64,000 bases of DNA, from NCBI GenBank assembly GCA_963826535.1, contig CAWGXL010000011.1, forward strand, positions 576,809 to 640,808, written 5' to 3'. Made by a program: the position numbers and the translations under genes. The stretch comes from an uncultured bacterium. GTDB lineage: Bacteria > Patescibacteriota > Microgenomatia > Levybacterales > UBA12049. Positions 33,987 through 43,189 of the stretch are shown one piece after another; position 1 is the first letter of the stretch; the number at the start of each line of letters is the position of its first letter. Below the pieces are notes generated by a model, which was not told the origin of the DNA, made no database searches, and saw nothing but the letters and a program-made list of their open reading frames with translations.

Positions 33987-36884
33987 GTGTGTTATCATTT
34001 TCTTATGCAGAAGTACCTTGCTAAAGGTTTAACTTTCCTATTCCACATAATTGCAATATGCTTTCTAGTCTATTTTACACAACCATTTGCTGACTGGTAT
34101 TTGTCAGCAGTACCTGCTCACGGGGTCGATTTATATAATAGTGTTACTCATGCAATGTACCATTTGAATTCTTTTTCTTTGCCTTTTAACAGCTTCAAGG
34201 ATTTTTGGTACGCAGGATATCCTGTAATGCAGGATTTTCCACAGTTGTCATATTACGCCATGGTGCCGTTTGTAGCATATTTTGGTGGACCTATAGGAGT
34301 TCAGATTTTTGCTATGGCAACTCTAGTTTTGCTTCTAATTTTTTCATATTTTCTCTTTTATGAACTTTCTAAAAATAACGGTTTGTCAGTCCTGCTTTCG
34401 CTTTTGGTTTTACTGTCAGTAAATATTTACGGCGCTCTGACATGGGCGGGATCAGTTCCATACTTTGCTTCACAATGCTTATTCCCGCTTGGGTTATTTT
34501 TTGGAGTAAAGTATCTAAAAAATCCGCAGATAAAGAATTTGTCTCTCATGATATTAGTAACCGGTATAGGGATACTGATACATCCATTGGCTATTGTTGC
34601 GTATCTCATACCATCACTTACGCTACTTATCATTGCAGGCGGAATCGGTGCACGTTATAATGTAGCCCGCATTTTGCAGCAGATTTTCTTTTATGTAGCA
34701 GGTTTTATCTTAATTTCTTTTACTTATACTTATAATTTCTTTTATGCAATTCTTATTGATAAGATACCTCTTTTTGTTTTCCAGACGTCAAAAAGCGGAG
34801 ATGTTAAAAATGCTACTACAGGCGCGCAAGACATAGTGGATTTTTATAAAGGACAAGTCGCAAGACTCTATACAGATACTGATGAGAGAATATATTACTT
34901 GTTTGCAATTGCTTTTATATTATTTATTTTAGGATTGTTAATTGCAAGAAGAAGAAGGCAAGCATTATATTTTTTCCCACTTTTTTTTATTGCTGCCTAT
35001 ACAGCATTGCATCCGGCACTCAATTTGTCAGGTATAATTAGTTTTTTTAAACACGATCCATACCGTGCATTTTGGCAATTTCCTATTGCTGCAGGAATGC
35101 TGATTGCTTTTTTCTGGGGGTTTTTTCAGGCAAGCCTTTTTGAACGTATAAAAGCAAGATTAAAGATTGTTGTGTTTATACCGGTTGTTAGCTTATCAGT
35201 TTTATTTCTTATAGTTTCATTATTTATTTTTAATAGCTCCTTTGCTTCGGTAATCGATAGGATCGATAAACATTCCGATACCTCTTCAGCGTTTCCCGAA
35301 GTGTTGAGTATGAAGCTAAATAAGGAAGATCAGGACGATTTAAAACGCAAACTAATTCCATCTTTTTTGGATCCTAATGATAAAAATAAAAGGCTATATG
35401 ATTCAGACGCGACTGTAAATATATGGTGGAACAGTCTCTATGATATGCCGCTTGCGCGGGGGTATATTGATCCTCCTATTGGAACAACAAGACGAAGCGG
35501 GTTGTTCTTATTGGATACTTCTATTGGTAATGATGTCCTGGTACGTGATTTAAAATTTCCTGAAGAAATAGCCGTGAACTACGCGCATTTTCTTACCGAT
35601 TGGCATGGTGTATATTTTTATGAAGGGGGACATGTGTCACCTGCCTCTAATGCTCCGCCATCATCTTATCTTTTGAAGGATGATTTTTTTGATAAAAAAG
35701 AGACTGTTACTGTTCCCGGTGCAATATTACGCAACGAAACACCGTCAGGACGGCCTGAAGCGCGTATGGATCTAACTCAATCACTTATGTATTATAGAGT
35801 GAATGAAAAATATACAAGTCCAGTTGTCGTTGGCAGCAATGCACCGGCAATAGCTGTGTTTACTGATGATGCAGGGTTTGAGCAAGTTTGGAGAGCGCTT
35901 GCAATAGAGAATATACATTCACGTCTATTGGTACCAGTTTATATCGAAAATAATATTGATTCAGTTTCTTCTAACGAACTCGCTCAGTTTGATGCTGTAA
36001 TTCTACATAATTATACATACAGTAATAAAGATAAAGCTTTTCGTATGCTGGGTGAATATGTTCAAAAAGGAGGAAACCTTTTTGTTGATACAGATGGGGA
36101 GATCGCTGACGCAAATTCTGATTCTTTGGCTGAACTTTTTCCATTTGATAAATCCGAGAGAAAAGAATTACAAAAAACCTGGGATTTAGAGGAGACGTCT
36201 GATCCACTTATTAACGACATAGATTTTAGTCTTTTTGGTCTCCCAGTATATAATGAAAAACCCTGGAAATTTTCTTATCCTACCGGAGACGCGGTCTTGC
36301 GTGATAATGTAAAAGTAATTTTGAAAAATTCAGGGAAACCGATTTTGATGAAAAGGCAATACGGTTCAGGCAAGGTGATTTGGTCCGGTATGAATATTCT
36401 TTATCATATTAATCAAAATCCAATAGCTGCGGAGGGTAAGTTTTTCAAAAATATAATCACTGAACTTGTCAAATTAGGAGATGGACAGTTCACCAAAGTG
36501 GACGTAGTATGGGACAGTCCTGAAAGAGTCCACGTAAAGTCAAACAGCAAGCCTAAGGCGATTCTTTTTAAGGAAGAATTTTATAACGGATGGTCGGTGA
36601 ACGATAAATATAATGGGAGTCAAAAAATTTATACAACCGGACCAACTTACCCTGGCTTTATGTATGTTCCTCTTAAGAAGAATGACGCAAACAAAGCCGA
36701 TGTTACTTTCTCGTATAATGGTGATCCGTTATATTGGGCGGTGACAATTGTGCAAATAATTGCAATTCTTTTTGTTCTTGAATTAATAATATTTAAAGGT
36801 AAAATTGTGGGGGTAAGAACGCATAAGATGTATCATAAAACGCGAAAGAAAATTGGTTCGTGGTGGGAGAAGGAGGAGGAGTAA
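33987..36884 (+). CDS. Large polytopic membrane protein, YfhO-like / putative GT-C glycosyltransferase (paralog 3, 965 aa)
   Basis: N-terminal TM bundle about 430 aa. Conserved blocks shared with 36950 and 43186: IWWNSLYDMPLARGYIDPP; GKPILMKRQYGSGKVIWSGMNILYHI; EEFYNGWSVNDKYNG...YPGFMYVPL; a final TM and the acidic tail GSWWEKEEE. Confidence 0.5.
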   Translation: MCYHFLMQKYLAKGLTFLFHIIAICFLVYFTQPFADWYLSAVPAHGVDLYNSVTHAMYHLNSFSLPFNSFKDFWYAGYPVMQDFPQLSYYAMVPFVAYFGGPIGVQIFAMATLVLLLIFSYFLFYELSKNNGLSVLLSLLVLLSVNIYGALTWAGSVPYFASQCLFPLGLFFGVKYLKNPQIKNLSLMILVTGIGILIHPLAIVAYLIPSLTLLIIAGGIGARYNVARILQQIFFYVAGFILISFTYTYNFFYAILIDKIPLFVFQTSKSGDVKNATTGAQDIVDFYKGQVARLYTDTDERIYYLFAIAFILFILGLLIARRRRQALYFFPLFFIAAYTALHPALNLSGIISFFKHDPYRAFWQFPIAAGMLIAFFWGFFQASLFERIKARLKIVVFIPVVSLSVLFLIVSLFIFNSSFASVIDRIDKHSDTSSAFPEVLSMKLNKEDQDDLKRKLIPSFLDPNDKNKRLYDSDATVNIWWNSLYDMPLARGYIDPPIGTTRRSGLFLLDTSIGNDVLVRDLKFPEEIAVNYAHFLTDWHGVYFYEGGHVSPASNAPPSSYLLKDDFFDKKETVTVPGAILRNETPSGRPEARMDLTQSLMYYRVNEKYTSPVVVGSNAPAIAVFTDDAGFEQVWRALAIENIHSRLLVPVYIENNIDSVSSNELAQFDAVILHNYTYSNKDKAFRMLGEYVQKGGNLFVDTDGEIADANSDSLAELFPFDKSERKELQKTWDLEETSDPLINDIDFSLFGLPVYNEKPWKFSYPTGDAVLRDNVKVILKNSGKPILMKRQYGSGKVIWSGMNILYHINQNPIAAEGKFFKNIITELVKLGDGQFTKVDVVWDSPERVHVKSNSKPKAILFKEEFYNGWSVNDKYNGSQKIYTTGPTYPGFMYVPLKKNDANKADVTFSYNGDPLYWAVTIVQIIAILFVLELIIFKGKIVGVRTHKMYHKTRKKIGSWWEKEEE

Positions 36885-36949
36885 AATAGTTCAAAGTTCA
36901 AAGTTCAAATTAATACTAAATGTTTAAATTTTAAAATCCAATTTAAGTT

Positions 36950-39841
36950 ATGAAGAAATTAATGCAAAAGTTTATTTTGTTAATAATTCATTTTATTTTT
37001 GTTTTGGCGATTATTGGAGTTTTTTGGCCAATGGCGGAGTGGTATTTTAATAATCCGACATTGCCACCTTCGCGGGAGAATGTGCTGGCAAATCCATTAT
37101 GGGGTGTGGATTTTTTTTATACTGCATCCCTTGTTAATCTTCTGAAGGATAATTTTGTACTTCCGAATGCGAGTTGGGGATACGCGTGGTTTAGCGGTTG
37201 GCCTTCGTTGTCAAGCTATCCCATTTTGCACTATTATTTAATTGTTCCCTTAATAGCATTTTTTTCATTGATTGCAGCTATTAAGATTTGGATGCTGGCA
37301 AGTCTTGCAATTTACTTTATTGGTATTTATGCGGTGTGTTTTGTCTTATCACGAAACTTCGCAGTTTCATTTGTATTATCTATTGCCGCTATTTATTCAG
37401 TAGGCGTATATGGGACATTAATGTGGGGGGGGAGCCTCCCAAGTCACGCAACACAAGCATTTTTTCCTTGGGTTTTGTTTTTTATCATTGTTTACCTTAG
37501 GAACCGGCGGAAAATTTATCTATTTCTATCCGCCTTACTTGCAGGCTTGGCAATTTTGGCTCATCCACAGGTTGTAATTGCCTATATATATCCCTCAGCT
37601 GTGCTGCTATTTATATTTTCATTTGGTACTATGAAGTTTTTTCAGCGAATTAAATCAATGTTTATTTTCCTCATAGTCTCATTTTTAGTCGGATTCCCGT
37701 TGTTATATTCGAGTATGGGCAGCGCATTAAAAGTCCTATTTTTGACAGATATAAATAATGTTGCTTCCTCAACCGCAAGAGTGTCATCGGAATACGGCGC
37801 AGATGTGGCGGCATTTCATCATGCACAACCTTATCGCATATATACTGATACAAATAACATTATTTTTCTACTGCTCGGCGTTTCTTTTGTTTTATTCATT
37901 CTTTTTTTAGTATTTAAAAATAGGGGAAAACGGTTACTCGAAGTATTTCCATATGCCGTTCTGGCAATATTTTCTACCGGTTATGTTTGGATGTTTGCAT
38001 ACGGCATGTCTATTTTCCATGGAGGATGGTATCGGCTTTTTTGGGCAGTTCCATTTTGGGTGGGAATGCTTATTGCGGTATTATGGGGGGCGTGGCAGGA
38101 ACAAGCTAAGGCTTTTATAAAAAAAAGAAGCGTATATATTCCACTTTATATTTTACTCAATGTTGTTGTAATGATTGCAGGGTATGTTACGGTAATTAAA
38201 TCATCAGACGAAACAATGAAAAAAATTATACCCCGCAGCAACACTTCATCTGCTTTTCCAAACATACTAAATTTACGTACCAATGAGCAGGGGCGATTGG
38301 AATTAAAAAAAGAGCTTGTCCCTTCGTGGATGAATGGGGATGATAAGCAATACCGGATGTATGCGGGTGACCAGACTATTAATATTTGGTGGAATAGCCT
38401 ATATAGTATGCCTCTTGCCCGAGGGTATTTTGATCCTCCGGTAACAGCACAAAATAGAGGATATTTTTTTCTTACAGATGCCTCTTTGAGTCAGAGCACA
38501 AGAGGGAAAGGTGAAGATCAATTAGTCGGAGAATTTAATTATCCACCGGATATTGCTTTAAACAATACTTTGTTTTTTGTTGATTGGTACGGCATTAAAT
38601 ATATTGAATCAGGTCCAACGCTTGCGGCTTTTACGCCAATACCCAAATCATTTAATAATAGTACATATATAAAACGTGACGAACGGCTTGATTTTAATGG
38701 GGAAAAATATAACACAGGCGATATGTCGCTTCATTTTTATGAAGTGAACGATGAATATTCCAGTCCGATTTTTCAAGCAACTAATGCTCAAACGTTGGGA
38801 ATTATAGGTACTGACACAGGGTATGAAACTATTCAACGTGGCATGGCGGATATGAATCTTTCTTCAAAACATGTTGTACCTATAAAGCTTGGGCAGAATA
38901 TTGATAAACTTAGAACAAGTGATCTCTTAGCCATGGATGCTCTAATTGTATATGACTATAATTATTCAGATAAAGGTAGCGCATATAGATTACTAAGCGA
39001 TTATTTAAAAACAGGAAAAAAGATATTCATTGACACAGGCGTAGAGGTAAAAGAAGCAAATAGTAGGGATCTGCCTGAAGTTTTCCCGATGGGAAGATCA
39101 GAAAGAAAGCCATTGGGTAAGGAATGGGAATTTGAAATACCAGATTCAGAATTTTCCGCGGGTATTGATTTTTCCGCTTTTGATCCGCCTATTTTTGATA
39201 AGCAAAGTTGGAGCATTACTTATCCAATAGAGGAAAAAGATGTCAGAGAGGGAAGTAATATTTTGCTTAAGAACAAGGGTAAACCAGTCCTGATCTTATA
39301 TGAGGTCAATAGTGGACAGGTTATTTGGAGTGGAATTAACTTGCCTTATCATACAATTCGAACACATAATGCTGAAGAGGTGCGTTTTTTCAAAGTCATA
39401 ATAGAACATTTACTCGGGGGAACCGGAGCGATAAAAGAGCCCGTATATGAAGTTCAATTTATTAATCCCCAAAAAAGGCAAATTACTCTTCAGGGGGCAA
39501 AAGGGGTTCTTTTTAAAGAACAGGCGTATCCAGGTTGGAGCGCATGGGTGTCCAGTGACCAATATAATAAAAATTTAGAAATTTTTAAAGCCGGGCCTGC
39601 TTATCCAGGCTTTATGTATGTAAGATTACCTGACTCTGAACAAAAAGCAACTGTTACGCTTTCTTATAGCGGCTCTATTACTGCATGGATAGTATCTGTA
39701 ATATCAGCAATAATTGTGCTTTTGATTATGGAAGAAATATTATTAAAAGGCGCAATTTTAGGGAGATTTTATAAGTCACTTTTTAGAAAATCGCTTAGAC
39801 ATTTAAAATCCTGGTGGAGTAAGGATGATGCTGACGAATAA
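36950..39841 (+). CDS. Large polytopic membrane protein, YfhO-like / putative GT-C glycosyltransferase (paralog 4, 963 aa; tandem to paralog 3)
   Basis: NIWWNSLYSMPLARGYFDPP; GKPVLILYEVNSGQVIWSGINLPYHT; YPGWSAWVSSDQYNKNLEIFKAGPAYPGFMYVRLP; a final TM and the tail KSWWSKDDADE. Confidence 0.5.
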   Translation: MKKLMQKFILLIIHFIFVLAIIGVFWPMAEWYFNNPTLPPSRENVLANPLWGVDFFYTASLVNLLKDNFVLPNASWGYAWFSGWPSLSSYPILHYYLIVPLIAFFSLIAAIKIWMLASLAIYFIGIYAVCFVLSRNFAVSFVLSIAAIYSVGVYGTLMWGGSLPSHATQAFFPWVLFFIIVYLRNRRKIYLFLSALLAGLAILAHPQVVIAYIYPSAVLLFIFSFGTMKFFQRIKSMFIFLIVSFLVGFPLLYSSMGSALKVLFLTDINNVASSTARVSSEYGADVAAFHHAQPYRIYTDTNNIIFLLLGVSFVLFILFLVFKNRGKRLLEVFPYAVLAIFSTGYVWMFAYGMSIFHGGWYRLFWAVPFWVGMLIAVLWGAWQEQAKAFIKKRSVYIPLYILLNVVVMIAGYVTVIKSSDETMKKIIPRSNTSSAFPNILNLRTNEQGRLELKKELVPSWMNGDDKQYRMYAGDQTINIWWNSLYSMPLARGYFDPPVTAQNRGYFFLTDASLSQSTRGKGEDQLVGEFNYPPDIALNNTLFFVDWYGIKYIESGPTLAAFTPIPKSFNNSTYIKRDERLDFNGEKYNTGDMSLHFYEVNDEYSSPIFQATNAQTLGIIGTDTGYETIQRGMADMNLSSKHVVPIKLGQNIDKLRTSDLLAMDALIVYDYNYSDKGSAYRLLSDYLKTGKKIFIDTGVEVKEANSRDLPEVFPMGRSERKPLGKEWEFEIPDSEFSAGIDFSAFDPPIFDKQSWSITYPIEEKDVREGSNILLKNKGKPVLILYEVNSGQVIWSGINLPYHTIRTHNAEEVRFFKVIIEHLLGGTGAIKEPVYEVQFINPQKRQITLQGAKGVLFKEQAYPGWSAWVSSDQYNKNLEIFKAGPAYPGFMYVRLPDSEQKATVTLSYSGSITAWIVSVISAIIVLLIMEEILLKGAILGRFYKSLFRKSLRHLKSWWSKDDADE

Positions 39842-39917
39842 AAGTATTCACCATTTCGCTCCGCTTTAGCGGGGTTGCGTTAGATATTATACCATTGTAT
39901 AAAGTAAAGGAATAAAT

Positions 39918-40742
39918 ATGCTTGAGAAAAATTGTAAAAAGATACTTAAATTAATATCTCCAACAGATAAAGTTTTGGATATAGGCGGGTGGTCAATTCC
40001 ATTCAACAGGGCTAATTACGTAATTGATCTTATGCCCTATGCAACAAGAGGCATACATGGCTTCCAAGGACCACGTAAGGAATACTTCTCAAAGTCAACA
40101 TGGATTTTGCAGGACATTAGCAGCCGAAAGCTACTACCATTTAAAAATAAAGAAATTGATTTTGTTATTTGTTCCCATACGTTAGAAGACATAAAAGATC
40201 CTATATTTGTTTGTTCAGAGATAATGCGTGTGGGAAAAAGAGGATATATTGAATTTCCTTCGAGGACGGTCGAAACTATCATGGGGATGGAAGGCGAGCA
40301 TTTTGCCGGTTATTCTCATCATCGTTGGCTGATAGATATAGTAGATGATATGATTATTTTTCGCTTTAAAAATCATTTTATCCATCATTCTTGGAAATAT
40401 CATTTACCTAAATCTTATTTAAAAAAACTTAAGCCAGAAGATCATGTATCTTACCTTTTTTGGGAAAATAATTTTAAGTATGAAGAAGTTATAACGAATT
40501 CCAGCTTGAATACGAGGGGGGAAATGGAAGAATTTGTAAAAAATAAAAAAGCATATCCGCCAATCTTTAATGCGTTAAATGCTTTTGATTCCAGGGTACA
40601 TATGAAATCATTTATAAAGAATTTTCTCTTAAAACATACAAATGTCGCAAAAATTGCAGAAAATGTTTTTGGAAAAACTATAAAAACTGGTTTGCAGGAA
40701 GAATCTTTTTGGAAGAGCGTGCATGATATACGCTCAAAATAA
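39918..40742 (+). CDS. Class I SAM-dependent methyltransferase (Methyltransf_11/23-like)
   Basis: Motif I KVLDIGGWS and the post-II block DFVICSHTLEDIKDPIFVCSEIMRVGKRGYI. Confidence 0.65.
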   Translation: MLEKNCKKILKLISPTDKVLDIGGWSIPFNRANYVIDLMPYATRGIHGFQGPRKEYFSKSTWILQDISSRKLLPFKNKEIDFVICSHTLEDIKDPIFVCSEIMRVGKRGYIEFPSRTVETIMGMEGEHFAGYSHHRWLIDIVDDMIIFRFKNHFIHHSWKYHLPKSYLKKLKPEDHVSYLFWENNFKYEEVITNSSLNTRGEMEEFVKNKKAYPPIFNALNAFDSRVHMKSFIKNFLLKHTNVAKIAENVFGKTIKTGLQEESFWKSVHDIRSK

Positions 40743-40760
40743 CTAGTGTTAGGTAAATAT

Positions 40761-40788
40761 CGTCATTCACGCGAACGCGGGAATCCAG
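40761..40788. repeat. Palindromic repeat element, copy C (inverted orientation: CGTCATTCACGCGAACGCGGGAATCCAG)
   Basis: The reverse complement matches the copy A/B consensus, with one stem mismatch. Confidence 0.75.
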
Positions 40789-40836
40789 AAGATACAAATA
40801 ACTATTCCTTATAAAAAATAAATGGGGAAATTATTT

Positions 40837-41781
40837 TTAACTACTGGATTCCCCTGTCCAGGGGAATGACAAATTATTTTTATTCTGGGTTTTTCTTGCA
40901 TTTAGGGTTTGATTAATATGTTTGATATTCCAGTACAACGCTTTTATAAAAGGTTTATACGTTTTAATTGATGAACGTATGTTTTGAAGATGTATAAAGA
41001 AAAATATATGTGTAAGCAAGGATGTAGTTATTTGTAAAACTGTTGCGTTTTTTATTAAGCAACGCCATTTACTTCTATAGCCATAGTAGATCATTTCCTG
41101 TAAATTCCCCCTTAGTGCGGTTTTTCCGTTGCCATGGTAAAATATTGCATGAGGATTGTACATGACTTTGAATCCTTTTTGTTTGGCCCGCAAACTAAAA
41201 TCTACATCTTCAAAATACAAGAAATAATTTTCATCTAATTGCCCTACTGTTGTAAGTATGCTTTTTCTCACAAAAAATCCACCAGCAGGAACAAGATCGC
41301 AAGATCTTACTTGATCTAAATTGCTAAGATCGAATGGTAAATAGCCAAGATAGGGATTTAGCCGTAATCCTCCAAAGGCAATTTCCTTTGGTAAGTCAAT
41401 GCGGTAGGCTTTTCCACCTATGACTCCGATAGATAAATCAGATTCCGCAAGATCTACCATTGCATTAAAAAAGTTTTTTTCATAGATAACATCATTATTG
41501 CCATACATTATATAATCACTTTTTGACTTTTTTACAGCTATATTTACTGCTTTTGCATAACCGGTGTTGCAGGCAAGTTTTATGACAGTAACTTCAGGGA
41601 ATAATTTTTTTATCTTATCAGGCGTACCATCTGAGGAATTATTATCAACAACTGTAACTTCTATCAAGTGTTTTGGATAGGATACTTTTTGAATAGACGA
41701 GAGACAGATTTGGGTATCATCCCAGCCATTGAATGTGGGGAATACTATGGATATTTTTTGAGTATATTTATCTTTTTTCAT
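40837..41781 (-). CDS. Glycosyltransferase family 2 (GT-A)
   Basis: ISIVFPTFNG, VVDNNSSDGT, YAKAVNIA and the DxD-like NND. Confidence 0.85.
   Translation of the reverse strand: MKKDKYTQKISIVFPTFNGWDDTQICLSSIQKVSYPKHLIEVTVVDNNSSDGTPDKIKKLFPEVTVIKLACNTGYAKAVNIAVKKSKSDYIMYGNNDVIYEKNFFNAMVDLAESDLSIGVIGGKAYRIDLPKEIAFGGLRLNPYLGYLPFDLSNLDQVRSCDLVPAGGFFVRKSILTTVGQLDENYFLYFEDVDFSLRAKQKGFKVMYNPHAIFYHGNGKTALRGNLQEMIYYGYRSKWRCLIKNATVLQITTSLLTHIFFFIHLQNIRSSIKTYKPFIKALYWNIKHINQTLNARKTQNKNNLSFPWTGESSS
40844..40872. repeat. Palindromic repeat element, copy D (CTGGATTCCCCTGTCCAGGGGAATGACAA), forming the 3' end of the GT2 CDS
   Basis: Conserved flanks with a fully covarying stem (ATTCCCCTG / CAGGGGAAT). It encodes the C-terminal ...FPWTGESSS of the 40837..41781 protein. 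Confidence 0.8.
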
Positions 41782-43189
41782 AATTTGAAATGGTTAACAC
41801 ATCAAAAGTTACTTTTTTATTTATTTTGTAGCGCTTATCAATATATTGTTTAGTTTTTTGCAATTCTATTTCATCAAGCCCACCTGTAATATCCATAAGT
41901 GAAAATTTGGAAAGTGAAGACTTAATTAATTGTTTTTTCCCTCCTATTATAGCAATAGTTTTATCGGAGAGAGGGTTAGTTGATATAAGGTAATTTTTAT
42001 TTTCCCATTCAGGAAAATAGTAGAGCACAGGATAATATGTGAGGATACTTGTATGTGCAAGAGGTGTGTTATTATCGATTTTTTTTAAAGCGGCTTGGAT
42101 AGGTGTACCATGAAAGGGTGTATAAGTGATTGAGATAAAAAATATTGAAGCGAGTAAAATAATTAACAGAATAAAATAATAAATACGTTTACTTGGCTGG
42201 AGATTATAAATTCCCAGTCCGAGAATCTGGTAAAAAAAGGGCGCAAACAGAATCGTTGAGCGGACTGAAAAGACAGGTATAAAAATATTGATAATAGTTA
42301 GAGTAAATAAGGGTATTAATAACAGATATAATAAAATTTTTCCTTCGTTAGTTTTTTTTGCCAGTAATGTGCCTTTGAGAAAACCGACAGAAAAAGCAAT
42401 TAAAGATAGCACAAAAATGGTTTTAATCCATATTGGAACGCTTTGGGAAAAAAAAGTGCGGAGTCCTATGTTGCCGGTTCCCCCTAATACAAAAGATGCA
42501 ATTGTAGCCGGGATGGCGATAATATTTGACTGGGCATATATATCAGGGTGTTGATTTTGTAAAAAATCCAATAACCACGGAATAGTTAATAATCCCGGAA
42601 TTAAAAGCAAAAAAAATGGCCAAAGTTTCTTTTTGCGAGGGATAATATATAAAAGAGCAATATAGGGCAAAAAAAGCAGAAAAGAATAGTAATGAGTATA
42701 AAGAGCTAAAGTAAAGCTTAAAAGAAAAATTAAGCTTGTGTGTATTGATTGTTTTTTGAGGAGGCTAATCCATGAGTAAGTGGAAACTAATCCGAGAAAA
42801 ACTATCAGAGAATACATACGGGCTTCTGTGGAATAATAAATCATGAGGGGAGAAAGGGTAAATATGCTGCTAGAAAAGATGGCGATTTTAGAATTAAAAA
42901 GCTTATCTGTCAGTTTAAAGAAAATAGCGATACTCAAAACTCCGAATATTAATGAAGGCGCTCGTAAACTTATCATTCCTGTTCCGAAGATATCCATCCA
43001 ACTATGTAATAAGAGATAATAAAAAGGCGGATTATTGTCAGCTGCGGTTGCGGTCAGAAGGTCATGTAGTGACGATTTAGCGACGAAAAAGCTAAATGCT
43101 TCATCAAACCATATATCATGCTGGTTTAAGAAATTAATGCGAAGAAGTAAACCAATAATTAGAATGCTTGGAAGGAATAAATGTTTCAT
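41768..43189 (-). CDS. GT-C fold glycosyltransferase of the ArnT/PMT type (GT39/GT83-like) polytopic membrane protein
   Basis: 473 aa, about 12 TM. The first loop contains the WFDEAFS (DE) motif characteristic of ArnT/PMT-family GT-C enzymes. Confidence 0.55.
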   Translation of the reverse strand: MKHLFLPSILIIGLLLRINFLNQHDIWFDEAFSFFVAKSSLHDLLTATAADNNPPFYYLLLHSWMDIFGTGMISLRAPSLIFGVLSIAIFFKLTDKLFNSKIAIFSSSIFTLSPLMIYYSTEARMYSLIVFLGLVSTYSWISLLKKQSIHTSLIFLLSFTLALYTHYYSFLLFLPYIALLYIIPRKKKLWPFFLLLIPGLLTIPWLLDFLQNQHPDIYAQSNIIAIPATIASFVLGGTGNIGLRTFFSQSVPIWIKTIFVLSLIAFSVGFLKGTLLAKKTNEGKILLYLLLIPLFTLTIINIFIPVFSVRSTILFAPFFYQILGLGIYNLQPSKRIYYFILLIILLASIFFISITYTPFHGTPIQAALKKIDNNTPLAHTSILTYYPVLYYFPEWENKNYLISTNPLSDKTIAIIGGKKQLIKSSLSKFSLMDITGGLDEIELQKTKQYIDKRYKINKKVTFDVLTISNYEKR